This document shows positions 34,276-43,621 of a DNA stretch of 64,000 nucleotides, one piece after another. The notes below the pieces were generated by a model, which saw only the letters and a list, made by a program, of their open reading frames with translations, was not told where the DNA came from and searched no databases. The DNA is from an uncultured Phycisphaerales bacterium. GTDB taxonomy: Bacteria; Planctomycetota; Phycisphaerae; Tepidisphaerales; Tepidisphaeraceae. The number at the start of each line of letters is the position of its first letter. The first letter of the stretch is position 1. The position numbers and the translations under genes are program-made. Where the stretch lies: positions 4,256,001 to 4,320,000 of the forward strand of contig CAVWLP010000002.1 in assembly GCA_963755915.1 (NCBI GenBank), in the 5' to 3' direction.

Positions 34276-35181
34276 TTAGTTTCCACCAAGGAAGGAGTCC
34301 TTGAGCGAGGCGCCGGGGGGTAGCTGGAAAGCGAAATCGCTTTCTTTCAGATCGGACAAGGAGATTTTTAGCTGGAGTTCGGTTGAGAAGCCTTTCAAAT
34401 TGGCGGTCTGCATGGCCTGCTGCGCCTGATTCATGGTGTTCCTCATTAGTTGCCGGGTGGCGTCGGTCGCCGGCTGTCCGGAGGCCTTGATGGCCTCGTC
34501 AAGCTGCTGGTCGGTCACCTGGGGAAATTTTATTCCTCCGGGGGGCGGCTCGAGCGATCGGGAAAATTTCCTGATCAGGTGGGTGGTTTTCGATATCCAG
34601 TACGTTTCGTTTTTGGAGATGGTCGAGGGTCCGCCGATGACATAGCAATCGTCGCCGTCGATCTGTTCGGAGGCTTGGATCTGAGGGTTAAGGAGCCTGG
34701 AAAAGCAAGCGGGTTGAGTATTGAAGGAGGGCAGAAAGAGTGACGGTATGGTAAATGCGGCACCGCCGGATATGCCGGTGGCGCTGGAGAGGGCCATCGC
34801 GTCGCTACTCATTTTAAAATATGCCTTGGTGAAGCCCATGTATAAATAGGGTTGGGAGCCCGCATTCCAAACCGCGCCGGCCTGCACAAATGTGGGCATA
34901 AATTGGTTGGTCTGATTCCAGGTAATGAGGTATTGGTTCGGCTTTTTCAGTTTGATTGAAAACGTTGTTTGTTGGGTGGTTTTTACGTTGCCGGTATCGA
35001 GATCACAGGTAATTGTTCCTTCTGAGCTATAGGCGGACATCGATTGGTAGCGGGCGATGGTCTGGTCGAAGATTGCACTGGGCTGTGTCGTCTGGGGCTG
35101 TGTTGTCTGCGCGGAGCAGACCCCGGCAAAGAGGAAAAGAAAGGGCAGGAGGAACAGCGGAGCGGTTGACTTGATGGTCAT
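34276..35181 (-). CDS. Secreted LolA-like/DUF2092-like protein
   Basis: Signal peptide MTIKSTAPLF...CSA; FSIKLKKPNQY, EQIDGDDCYVI, YWISKTTHLIRK, FAFQLP. Confidence 0.55.
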   Translation of the reverse strand: MTIKSTAPLFLLPFLFLFAGVCSAQTTQPQTTQPSAIFDQTIARYQSMSAYSSEGTITCDLDTGNVKTTQQTTFSIKLKKPNQYLITWNQTNQFMPTFVQAGAVWNAGSQPYLYMGFTKAYFKMSSDAMALSSATGISGGAAFTIPSLFLPSFNTQPACFSRLLNPQIQASEQIDGDDCYVIGGPSTISKNETYWISKTTHLIRKFSRSLEPPPGGIKFPQVTDQQLDEAIKASGQPATDATRQLMRNTMNQAQQAMQTANLKGFSTELQLKISLSDLKESDFAFQLPPGASLKDSFLGGN

Positions 35182-35344
35182 TTTTCTGGGGTCCGTTGGT
35201 GAAAGCGTAAAGAATTGGGCAGTTTCCTGAGGACATCCTACAGTTGCACCTGGAGCAATCAACTGTCATTCGCGCCGGCCGGTTTTTCCGATCGGGTTCG
35301 GTCCGACTGGTCCTGCCCATTTGAAAAGGGGTCACTTCCTGGCG

Positions 35345-37174
35345 CTATCTTCTGCGGCGGCGTCGAAATGCTCCGATTATCGCCGTGGCGAGGAGCGCGC
35401 CGCAGGCGGGTTCGGGGACATTGGCGAATGCGGGAAGGGGGAGGTTGTTGGCGACAGCAAACGAATCGAGTGCGGCAATGTCGGCTGGGGAGACGGAGAC
35501 GGCCGCACCGCTGTCGCCCTGGCCGAAGTTCGCGGCCAATGCACTGAAGTCGGAGCCATTCACGGAAAAGCCGTAAAGGAAGTTGCCCTGGTCCCAATTG
35601 GTCGCGCCGAGGCCGAAATTGGCGGCGAGGATTGAGAAGTCGGACCCGTTAACAGTGCCGTCGAGGTTGGCGTCGCCGAGGAGAGTGTATTTGATTTCGA
35701 TCTGCCCGGAGGAGAGTCCGGGGACGATGCCATCGGCTCCGTCGGCGTAGCCTATACCATATTCGAATCCGTTGGTTGGCGTCTGAGCGGCGGAAGAGAT
35801 GATACCGGGGCCGTTCCAAGCGCCGTTGTTGTAGCCACTCTGAAGGTAGGAGGCGATTGCGGCAATGGGATCGGAGCCGCCAGCGTAATCGATGATGAAA
35901 TGGCTATTGGCGACGTCAAGCGTTCCGCCTGGATTGATGAGAAGACCGCCAACCGTCATTTGGCCGCCGGGCATAATGAGAAGTCCGCCGGACTGTATCG
36001 TGAGGGTGTTGGATACGTTCAGGGTCTTTTCGGGCGATAAGGTGGTGCTTCCAAGATTTCCCGTGGGGCCGATGGTGAGGCCGCCTACCCCAGTGACGTT
36101 GAGCGTGCCGGCCGTCCAGTTGAGAAGGGAGGGATTTTCCGAGAGGTCGAGTGCGGCGGTGGTGATCGAACCACCGGCGAGGTTCACTGATGTGCCAGGG
36201 GTGTTGTAGACTTTCACGGTCTGCGACACTGTCATGGCGCCGGTTCCTTCGACAGTTAAGACGCCGGTACCCCCACTGCCCCCGTCGGCGGGATCGATTC
36301 CGCCGACATAAGCGTTGCCAGAAATCGATAAGCTTCCCCCGCTGAGGTCGTAGTTCCCGGTCGAACCGCTCGACGCCGCGATGGCGAACAAAAATCGCGG
36401 GTTTTTTGTACCCGGAATAATGGAATTTGTGCCGCCGATCTGCACAAAAGTTCCGGCACCCTGACTTCCGATGACTTCAGAAAAAGCGCTTATTGACCCG
36501 CCGGAAAGCTGGTAAATTCCAGAAGTCCCCGCGCTGTTGCCTAGAGTTAGTCCCACCACGATATTGCCTGATGAGCTGCCAAAACCAGTGGTGCCGCCCG
36601 ACTGATAGATCGCTCCGGTTCCAGAATTTGCGTCGCCCAAAAGCGCAGGGGCAGCAGCGAAATGGGCCTCGTCGCTGACGGACAAGGTACCGGTTGCACC
36701 GTCCCCCATTATCAAGCCTCCTCCAGCGAATCCGAATCCGTTCCAGCCTAAATACCCGGCAGAGGCATTGATGTATCCGTTGCCGCTTGTACCAACGGAC
36801 AAAGTGTAACCCTGGACCTCGGGCACCTGATCCGGGTCATCCGGGTTCGGTGCCAGGACAAGCGTCGCGTTCGAATTGATTCCGATGGTCTGGAAAAAAT
36901 CGCCCTCGCTGTCGCCGTAGTACGTGCAGGTTGCGCTATTTCCCGCCGCCCCGTTTATCTCGACCCCAGAGCTGAAGTTCTCGCCCCCCGGGGCGTACCC
37001 GAGGCTCCAATCGGCGGCGTCTGACCAGTTGCCATTGCCGCCTATCCACGAATTAACTTGCGCTCCAGCCCATTGGGCGCTTATTGAAAGCGTGAGGCAT
37101 GCCGTCGCGGTCGCCGCCGATGCCAGACGTACGCGACGGGCACGGCCTAGCCGGATTGGATTGATTCCTCTCAT
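35345..37174 (-). CDS. PEP-CTERM surface protein with dockerin-like module
   Basis: RBS ggagg; signal peptide; G.Y.LSGG repeats; YTLLGDANLDG module; VPEP...RRRRRR. Confidence 0.9.
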   Translation of the reverse strand: MRGINPIRLGRARRVRLASAATATACLTLSISAQWAGAQVNSWIGGNGNWSDAADWSLGYAPGGENFSSGVEINGAAGNSATCTYYGDSEGDFFQTIGINSNATLVLAPNPDDPDQVPEVQGYTLSVGTSGNGYINASAGYLGWNGFGFAGGGLIMGDGATGTLSVSDEAHFAAAPALLGDANSGTGAIYQSGGTTGFGSSSGNIVVGLTLGNSAGTSGIYQLSGGSISAFSEVIGSQGAGTFVQIGGTNSIIPGTKNPRFLFAIAASSGSTGNYDLSGGSLSISGNAYVGGIDPADGGSGGTGVLTVEGTGAMTVSQTVKVYNTPGTSVNLAGGSITTAALDLSENPSLLNWTAGTLNVTGVGGLTIGPTGNLGSTTLSPEKTLNVSNTLTIQSGGLLIMPGGQMTVGGLLINPGGTLDVANSHFIIDYAGGSDPIAAIASYLQSGYNNGAWNGPGIISSAAQTPTNGFEYGIGYADGADGIVPGLSSGQIEIKYTLLGDANLDGTVNGSDFSILAANFGLGATNWDQGNFLYGFSVNGSDFSALAANFGQGDSGAAVSVSPADIAALDSFAVANNLPLPAFANVPEPACGALLATAIIGAFRRRRRR

Positions 37175-37338
37175 GTCGCCCTCCCGCCTTGACCTTGGAG
37201 CCACTCCAGATAGGCAATGATTAGAGTGCCCGGAATGGAAACACAAATCTACAAGAGAACGATCGGCCGAAGCAAGCATACACGCAAATCTAGAAAAATT
37301 ATGCGTTCGGCCAGGTGCGAGGTCCAGGGACGGATGGA

Positions 37339-37382
37339 TTAAAGGGGACGTGCCTCTCAGATAATCAGGTACGCCCCTTTAA
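37339..37382. repeat. Intergenic hairpin (REP-like or terminator-like)
   Basis: ttaaaggggacgtgcct ... aggtacgcccctttaa. Confidence 0.5.
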
Positions 37383-37745
37383 ATCGATCAGCGGGAAACC
37401 AGGTCCCTCACACCGCCGGCTAGTTTCTCAACTTGAACCCCCGCGCCCCAAACCGCCGCAGGGCGGCTGAGGACGGCTTTAAATAGCCGCCAGCAATTCA
37501 TCCAATTCCCAAACGTGGTCCGTATCCGATGTTTTATTCGCCAGATTGCACCGTCCCTCCATTCTACCCCTCCGCGCGAAAAAGGCCGTTATAATGCCCA
37601 TATGAAGAAAGCCCCAAACCCGATCGAGAAGCATGACCTGGAAATCTCGGGGGTCACTTCACAGACCTATCATCATGATGCATCACTAACCAGCATCGGC
37701 AGGTCCGTCGATGATTAGCGACCAGCAATTTCAAAAGGCACTTTA

Positions 37746-39581
37746 ATGAACACGGACACAACCAGTCGCAGAGAGTTTATTAAGCTGGGTGTGGCTGTTG
37801 CCGCGGCGCCGTTACTGATCTCGGTCGGAGGGACGCGTGCCGCCGATTTACCGCTGACGCCGCCGGCGACGGCAGGGGCTGAGACAAAAATAAGATCTTT
37901 TGACTACAAAGGCGTGAAGCTCCTTGATGGAGCGATGAAAGACCGATACCAGGCCACGCGCGATTATTACTTTAACGTCCCGACCGATGACATTCTCAAA
38001 GGTTTCCGCCGCCGCGCGGGCCTCGAGGCCCCTGGAACGGACATGGGCGGCTGGGCTCAGAAAAACTCCGAGATTGTCTTCGGCCAGTGGCTCAGCGGCA
38101 TGTCTCGCATCTATGCCGGGACCCATGATGTGCCCATCCGCGATAAGGCGCTTGAACTCCAGGCCGAGTTTGCAAAGACACTCACAAATTTCAATTGCCG
38201 CCATTACGGATATGACAAGTTCGTCTGTGGTTTTGTGGATGTGGCGACGTTCGCCGACGATCAAACAGGCTTGCCGACGCTTGAAACGCTCACCCATTGG
38301 GCCGAAAAACATCTTGGCCGCAAGCGATTGCCCGCGACCGACGCTGACTCACAAGGCGGATTTTTCAACGGCGAGCTTGAATGGTATACGCTGCCGGAAA
38401 ACCTCTATCGCGCCTGGCAGTTCACCGGTAATTCACTCTACCGCGATTTCGCGGAGGTGTGGCATTATCCAGCCTATTGGAAAATGTTTGATGGCAGCGC
38501 CGACCCGGCCCCGAACGGGTTCCATGCCTACAGCCATTGTAATGCACTCAGCAGCCTGGCGATGACCTATGCCGTCACCGGCAATGCCTCGCTGCTGAAG
38601 TGCCTGGTCAATGCGCACGACTATTTCCAGAACACCCAGTGTTATGTCACCGGCGGATACGGCCCGGGTGAAAAGTTGATGGCGCCGGATGGGGCGCTGG
38701 GAGAATCGATCGTCATCGAGCCGAACAGGAAATATCTCGGCGGCAACATCGGCCGCTCGTTCGAGACGCCCTGCGGCACGTGGGCCATTTTCAAGGCCTG
38801 CGATTATCTGCTGCGGTTTACCGGCGAGGCGCGGTTTGGCGACTGGATGGAGCGCGGGCTTTACAACGGAATCGGTGCGGCGCTTCCAATGACCGGCCGC
38901 GGAACGACTTTCTACTACGCCGATTATCGTATGAAAGGTGCTGCCAAGAAGTATTTCGGCGCCGCCTGGCCCTGTTGTTCGGGGACATTCATTCAAAACG
39001 TCTCCAACTACCTCAACATGATCTATTACCAGGATGATCAGGGAGTCCTGGTAAATCTATATGCGCCTTCCGAGGTCACGTGGCAGCATGGGGGTACTGC
39101 GGTAACGCTCACCCAACGGACGGAATATCCCGCATCGGAACAGAGCGAGCTGAAGATCAGTGTTGACGCTCCGGTGGAATTCAGCGTGAGGCTTCGTGTG
39201 CCCTCCTGGGCTGAGGGATTGCGACTGAGCGTGAACGACGAGGCGATCAATGTTGCAACCAGGCCCGGCGAATGGGCGACCGTTCGGCGAAGGTGGGCTT
39301 CGGGTGATCGGCTGGCGGTGGTAATCCCTCTAAGGCCACGCCTGGTGCCGATCGACAAGCAGCACCCGGATCGTGTTGCCGTAGCGTGCGGACCGGTGGC
39401 GCTCGTGCATGTCGGCCAGGCTCCGGCGATTGCCAGCCGGGCGGAGTTTGGCAAGTTTGCTCCGGCCGAGGGAACTGCTATCCAATTGGTTTCGGCAGAT
39501 CAAGCGGCCGGCCAATTCATCCCATTCTTTCACGCCGCCAGGGGACAACACTACCGGCTGTACGTCGATCTTCAGGCCTGA
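37746..39581 (+). CDS. Tat-exported GH127-like beta-L-arabinofuranosidase
   Basis: SRREFIK twin-arginine motif; HAYSH, ETPCGTW, ERGLYN, WPCCSGT, TEYP, LRVPSW. Confidence 0.85.
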   Translation: MNTDTTSRREFIKLGVAVAAAPLLISVGGTRAADLPLTPPATAGAETKIRSFDYKGVKLLDGAMKDRYQATRDYYFNVPTDDILKGFRRRAGLEAPGTDMGGWAQKNSEIVFGQWLSGMSRIYAGTHDVPIRDKALELQAEFAKTLTNFNCRHYGYDKFVCGFVDVATFADDQTGLPTLETLTHWAEKHLGRKRLPATDADSQGGFFNGELEWYTLPENLYRAWQFTGNSLYRDFAEVWHYPAYWKMFDGSADPAPNGFHAYSHCNALSSLAMTYAVTGNASLLKCLVNAHDYFQNTQCYVTGGYGPGEKLMAPDGALGESIVIEPNRKYLGGNIGRSFETPCGTWAIFKACDYLLRFTGEARFGDWMERGLYNGIGAALPMTGRGTTFYYADYRMKGAAKKYFGAAWPCCSGTFIQNVSNYLNMIYYQDDQGVLVNLYAPSEVTWQHGGTAVTLTQRTEYPASEQSELKISVDAPVEFSVRLRVPSWAEGLRLSVNDEAINVATRPGEWATVRRRWASGDRLAVVIPLRPRLVPIDKQHPDRVAVACGPVALVHVGQAPAIASRAEFGKFAPAEGTAIQLVSADQAAGQFIPFFHAARGQHYRLYVDLQA

Positions 39582-39629
39582 AGGATCGCAAAAATCGCGA
39601 AACTTTCACTCAGCCGCCGCGTCCAAACC

Positions 39630-40418
39630 ATGACGATGCCACCAACCCATCTCGCACGCAGCGCCGCTCCGCTCGATTATGCGCCTGCGCGGCGAAACCG
39701 CCGACGGATCTATCGTGTGATGGTTGCGTCGTTGCTCCTGGGATTGGCCCTCGTCGCCTGGAAATTTTCTCCCGCCTGGTGGCGGCGAGCGGAAATCCTC
39801 TACTGGCAGCACGAGTGCCTGCAATTCTCCTTGTCGCCGGACACCGTCGTCTACGAGGAAGATCCCACCGGGGCCGCCGCTTTGCTGGCCGGCAATCCCA
39901 ATTATCATCCCTATACCTTCCAGCGGCGCTCCAGTATGCAAGCGCCTCCAAGTCCGGCGACCGCCGCCGCGCTCGGCGTCTCGGACTGGGATAAACTGAC
40001 CAGCATCCTGCCCGGCTTCCATCCGTCGTTAATTAAACCGGCGGTCATTTTTCTGCACGAGCGAATTTCCCCTGCCGGTCATCGCCGCCTCGTGTGCGTC
40101 AGGTACGGCCCTCAGGGCGACGCATTCAGCGCGCAATTCATCCAAGCCCTAAACTGCGACACATTCACCGTGACTCCTGGCACATGGAGCCAGGCGCCCA
40201 TTTATACGCCGCTAGGATGGGCATATGACGTCGAAGTTGGCTGGCCGCGCAGACCACCCCTCGTGCGTATCTTCGCCGGCCAACCCGATCCAAACGATCC
40301 CGCCCATTTCACCATCCGCTACCGAATATGGGGCCAGGAAGATGTGCTGGATGGCCGATTGCTGGACAACGATCGAGTGACGTTAACATTCAGAAAAGAG
40401 CCTCAAGAGAATAATTAA
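39630..40418 (+). CDS. Hypothetical membrane-anchored protein
   Basis: PLDYAP + basic stretch + one transmembrane helix; fills the space after the GH127-like gene. Confidence 0.65.
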   Translation: MTMPPTHLARSAAPLDYAPARRNRRRIYRVMVASLLLGLALVAWKFSPAWWRRAEILYWQHECLQFSLSPDTVVYEEDPTGAAALLAGNPNYHPYTFQRRSSMQAPPSPATAAALGVSDWDKLTSILPGFHPSLIKPAVIFLHERISPAGHRRLVCVRYGPQGDAFSAQFIQALNCDTFTVTPGTWSQAPIYTPLGWAYDVEVGWPRRPPLVRIFAGQPDPNDPAHFTIRYRIWGQEDVLDGRLLDNDRVTLTFRKEPQENN

Positions 40419-40502
40419 TCGTTTGTTCCGCGGAGACGGCATGCGGTTCAGTGTCAGATTGAGTTTGAGGAGCTGGCGTAGGGGATTCCGCCGGTGAGGA
40501 CA

Positions 40503-40556
40503 CGGCTCGACCGTCTTCGACCCTGAGGCTCAGACCCGAAGGGAGCTCGCCGAGGT
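40503..40556. repeat. Short palindromic REP-like element, apparently nested
   Basis: ggctcgacc-[gtcttcgaccctgaggctcagacccgaagg]-gagctcgccgagg; cttcg/cgaag and ctga/tcag stems. Confidence 0.4.
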
Positions 40557-40596
40557 CCGGCGGCACTTAGGAGAGCGATGCCGGGCGGGAGAATTT

Positions 40597-41214
40597 TCAT
40601 TCGCAGACAGGCAAGACCTCATGCCCGCACTCCGGACAGCGCTGGGGCGTTGCCCGCAGATCGTAGCCGCAGTTTGCGCAATAACCGGGATGCGCACGCC
40701 GATAGCGACGCCGCATCGAACCCCGAACAAATCTGGCGGGGAGGATCAGGCCGATGAGGATGATCGCCCAATCGGGGACGGAAACGGTTTGATAGGTCGC
40801 CTGGAGTACGTCATTGCTGGGAAGCCGTATCCAGGCTTTTCGAGCACTTTGAAGGAAGGAAGTTTTCATCGAGCCGAAGCCGCACCAGCACCACCCCTCG
40901 CCGGCAAGCAGGGTTTCCTCGTGACTGATGATGCTCGCCGCCTGGCCCGGGAAAAGATGGTGAAACTCATGCTGGATCGTCGTTGTGGCCGCCGAGGGAT
41001 CCAGCCGCAGATGCCGCGATGAATCCCGCGAAAGCACGATCCGTCCGCCGACGGATTCGATCATGCTGCTGGTGTCCACGAATTCAGACGTCTGGAAAAG
41101 CGTCACCCGATCCCACCAGCGGACACTTCGCCCCCAGAGCACAACCATCCCGATGCTCACCAGCAAAGAAAAGCTAGCGACAATCGAAAAAATAACTTTG
41201 GAAAAGCGTTGCAA
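40597..41214 (-). CDS. Membrane protein with C-terminal zinc ribbon (Phycisphaerae-type)
   Basis: Two transmembrane helices; CANCGYDLRATPQRCPECG. Confidence 0.8.
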   Translation of the reverse strand: MQRFSKVIFSIVASFSLLVSIGMVVLWGRSVRWWDRVTLFQTSEFVDTSSMIESVGGRIVLSRDSSRHLRLDPSAATTTIQHEFHHLFPGQAASIISHEETLLAGEGWCWCGFGSMKTSFLQSARKAWIRLPSNDVLQATYQTVSVPDWAIILIGLILPARFVRGSMRRRYRRAHPGYCANCGYDLRATPQRCPECGHEVLPVCE

Positions 41215-41242
41215 GGGAAGCTTATTCTACCAGTAGGAGAGG

Positions 41243-42252
41243 CTACGGATTTACCGAAAGGGGCACCGGCGGCGCGAAAGTCCCGGAATACGCGCTCCAT
41301 CGCAAGGTCCACAGCTTTTCCAGCGGCACCGTTTCCACATGTTCATCCATGAAAACCATGTTCACGGCATTTCCATGCCGGGCGATGCAGAATCGTCCCA
41401 TCTGCCCCCAGTTGGGCCCGCGGGAGCCGATGCAGGTGTCGTAGCGGGCGCCTTCGCTCAGGTTCGTCGGCGGGTAATCCAAAATTGCGACGCCATTGAT
41501 TCGGCAATTCAGCGGCCAGGCTTCGTGCCAGTTGCAATCGCCCAGAACGGGAATCCGCGCGGATCGGCCGGCGGATGATGGCGGGTATCGAGGAAGAGCG
41601 ATCGCGGATCGACGCCGGAATAGTATTGAATGCCGCTGTAATAGATCGGGACAGGAACTGAGCCGACGGTTCCGGAGGCGTCGAGGTCGTAGAGCCAGCC
41701 GTTCATTCCATAGCTGCCGGCGATGAAATTGATGTCAGGATAAGTGCCGGGGCCCCAGGGCATATTGGCGCTGCCCCAGGCGCCGCCTTCGGCGCTGCTG
41801 CCACCGGTTGGCTCGCCCGGACCAATATTCGACGCGGGCGCTTCGGGGCAGAACCAGATCGACGGCAGGTTGGGCACGTAGGAAATCTGCTCGGCATAGG
41901 AGGGGTTTCGCGGGAGCCGATTGGGGGAATAGGGATTGGTGAATCCATTGACATACTGGCCCAGGGCGATCATCCAGAAGCCGCTGGGGTTGCCGGAGTC
42001 TCCCATCGCCATGCGGCGATGATCAGTGATAAAAGACTGGTAGGCCCACCCAAGCTGATGAAGGTTGGAGATGCAGCGGGTGGTGTTGGCGCTTCGACGA
42101 GCCTGACTGACGGTGGGGAGGAGGACGAAACCGAGGACTACCGCGACGAAGAGGATGACGACCAGTTCGACGAGAGTGAACGCTGGCGTGAAAGCGGGGG
42201 TTAAGCCGCGTGGGCGGTCAAGCCGGCATTTCCTCTGGCGCCAGAATTTCAT
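41243..42252 (-). CDS. DUF1559-type prepilin protein, degenerate paralogue of 47732-48796; frameshift at ~41558
   Basis: [67 protein letters not shown]. Confidence 0.8.
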
Positions 42253-42388
42253 GGCGCTGCTCCGAGCTGGTTCGACCGGGGATCATTTGAGATCCGGGGG
42301 ATCACTTGGGATCCGAACGCTTTGACGTGCCAGATCGCAATATCCCGGTCGGAAAACCTGAATCCATACTAACCCTTAACGAGGAATT

Positions 42389-42414
42389 ACGTAAGAATTT
42401 TCTTGGATTGGACA
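42389..42414 (-). promoter_or_regulatory. Putative ECF-dependent promoter of the DUF1559 gene at 42252
   Basis: TGTCCAATC-N13-ACGT on the minus strand; one of four copies. Confidence 0.65.
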
Positions 42415-42464
42415 GGAAATCGGGAAAAAGTTGGGAATTAGAGGGATTTGTGGGGGCGGGGGAC

Positions 42465-42488
42465 GCCCCGCAAGCGGGGCCGCTAAAC
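42465..42488. repeat. Short REP-like hairpin
   Basis: gccccgc-aa-gcggggc followed by cgctaaac. Confidence 0.4.
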
Positions 42489-42545
42489 ATGGGGGAGGGG
42501 GTTCGGGGAGCTGAGGAATTTCCTTTTTGATTTCGCGCGATTTTG

Positions 42546-42571
42546 TGTCCAAATCATCTCCCATCCGCCGT
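42546..42571 (+). promoter_or_regulatory. Putative ECF-dependent promoter of the PEP-CTERM gene at 42653
   Basis: TGTCCAAAT-N13-CCGT. Confidence 0.7.
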
Positions 42572-42652
42572 TGGTATCGTGTGGGCGTTCGCGACATCCG
42601 GATGCCAGGATGCGTCGAACTTCCCCGGCAAAAACAATTCTTTGGAGGCGAT

Positions 42653-43495
42653 ATGATCAAATTGGAGGGAAAGCTGGGGGTGAAATGGGGGGGAAAGCTC
42701 GCTTTGGGGACTTCAGTGCTGGTAATTGTTGGATGGACAGGCGTTTCCCACGGCCAGGTGATTAGCTGGGAGGAGGACGTTTACGGCACCGTCCCATCCA
42801 ACGGCTACGCCGGCGTCGTCAGCGTCGATAACTGGACCGATTCCTATCCGGCCAACCAGACCACCAACCTGCCTGACAACACGGGCGCTGCCACCACGCT
42901 CGATTTGCAGGAAGTTTCGCCCCAAAGCCTCACTTGGGCGATTCAGTTTGCCCACCCCGGTCAGGACGCCGACGGGACCTACAACAAGGAAATGCTCAAC
43001 GGCTACCTGAATGGCGGGCCCGCCGAATGGAATCCCAGCCCGCCGAACAATGGGGTGGTGCTGACGAATATCCCCTACTCCGAGTATGACATCTACGTCT
43101 ACATCTCCTCCGACACGGCCGGCCGGACCGGATGGGTCACTGATGGCGGCGTCACCCAGGGCGGAGCCGCCAACGGCGACGCCACCATGAGCACCTTCAC
43201 TCCCGACGGCGCCACCACCTACGATTTCACCACCATCGGCCCCGCCGAAATCAGCACGCCTGACGCCACCTTCCTTCAAACTACTGACACCCTCGGGCTA
43301 TACCCCGCCGCCGACTACGCCGAGTTCACCAACCTGAGCGGGTCGAGCCAGACGATTACGGTTCAGATGCTCGTCAACGACGACTGGGCAGGCGTCGCCG
43401 GGTTCCAAGTCGTCGCCGTGCCGGAGCCAATGTCGCTTAGCTCATTGGCCGTGGCGGGTGCGCTTTTGAGCCTGCGGCGTCGGAAAGCTAATTGA
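42653..43495 (+). CDS. Small PEP-CTERM protein without dockerin-like module
   Basis: ggagg RBS; signal peptide; acidic beta-sandwich-like domain ending GVAGFQVV; VPEP...RRRK. Confidence 0.88.
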   Translation: MIKLEGKLGVKWGGKLALGTSVLVIVGWTGVSHGQVISWEEDVYGTVPSNGYAGVVSVDNWTDSYPANQTTNLPDNTGAATTLDLQEVSPQSLTWAIQFAHPGQDADGTYNKEMLNGYLNGGPAEWNPSPPNNGVVLTNIPYSEYDIYVYISSDTAGRTGWVTDGGVTQGGAANGDATMSTFTPDGATTYDFTTIGPAEISTPDATFLQTTDTLGLYPAADYAEFTNLSGSSQTITVQMLVNDDWAGVAGFQVVAVPEPMSLSSLAVAGALLSLRRRKAN

Positions 43496-43522
43496 GCTGA
43501 TCGCACAGAAATATGCCAAGAC

Positions 43523-43555
43523 AAGCCCCGGAAAACTACCGGGGCTTTTTGTTTT
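43523..43555 (+). terminator. Rho-independent terminator
   Basis: aagccccgg-aaaacta-ccggggctt followed by tttgtttt. Confidence 0.85.
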
Positions 43556-43621
43556 AGTGGGTCAATTTGAGAGCGATGACGCGTTGGGTAAATTCCCACG
43601 GCAGCGCCGTGGGCGTTCAAT

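Noticed and set aside
37602-37718. Small leaderless ORF (MKKAPNP...) after TATAAT at 37590
   Set aside because: 38 codons with no motif; the -10 element may simply serve the GH127-like gene.
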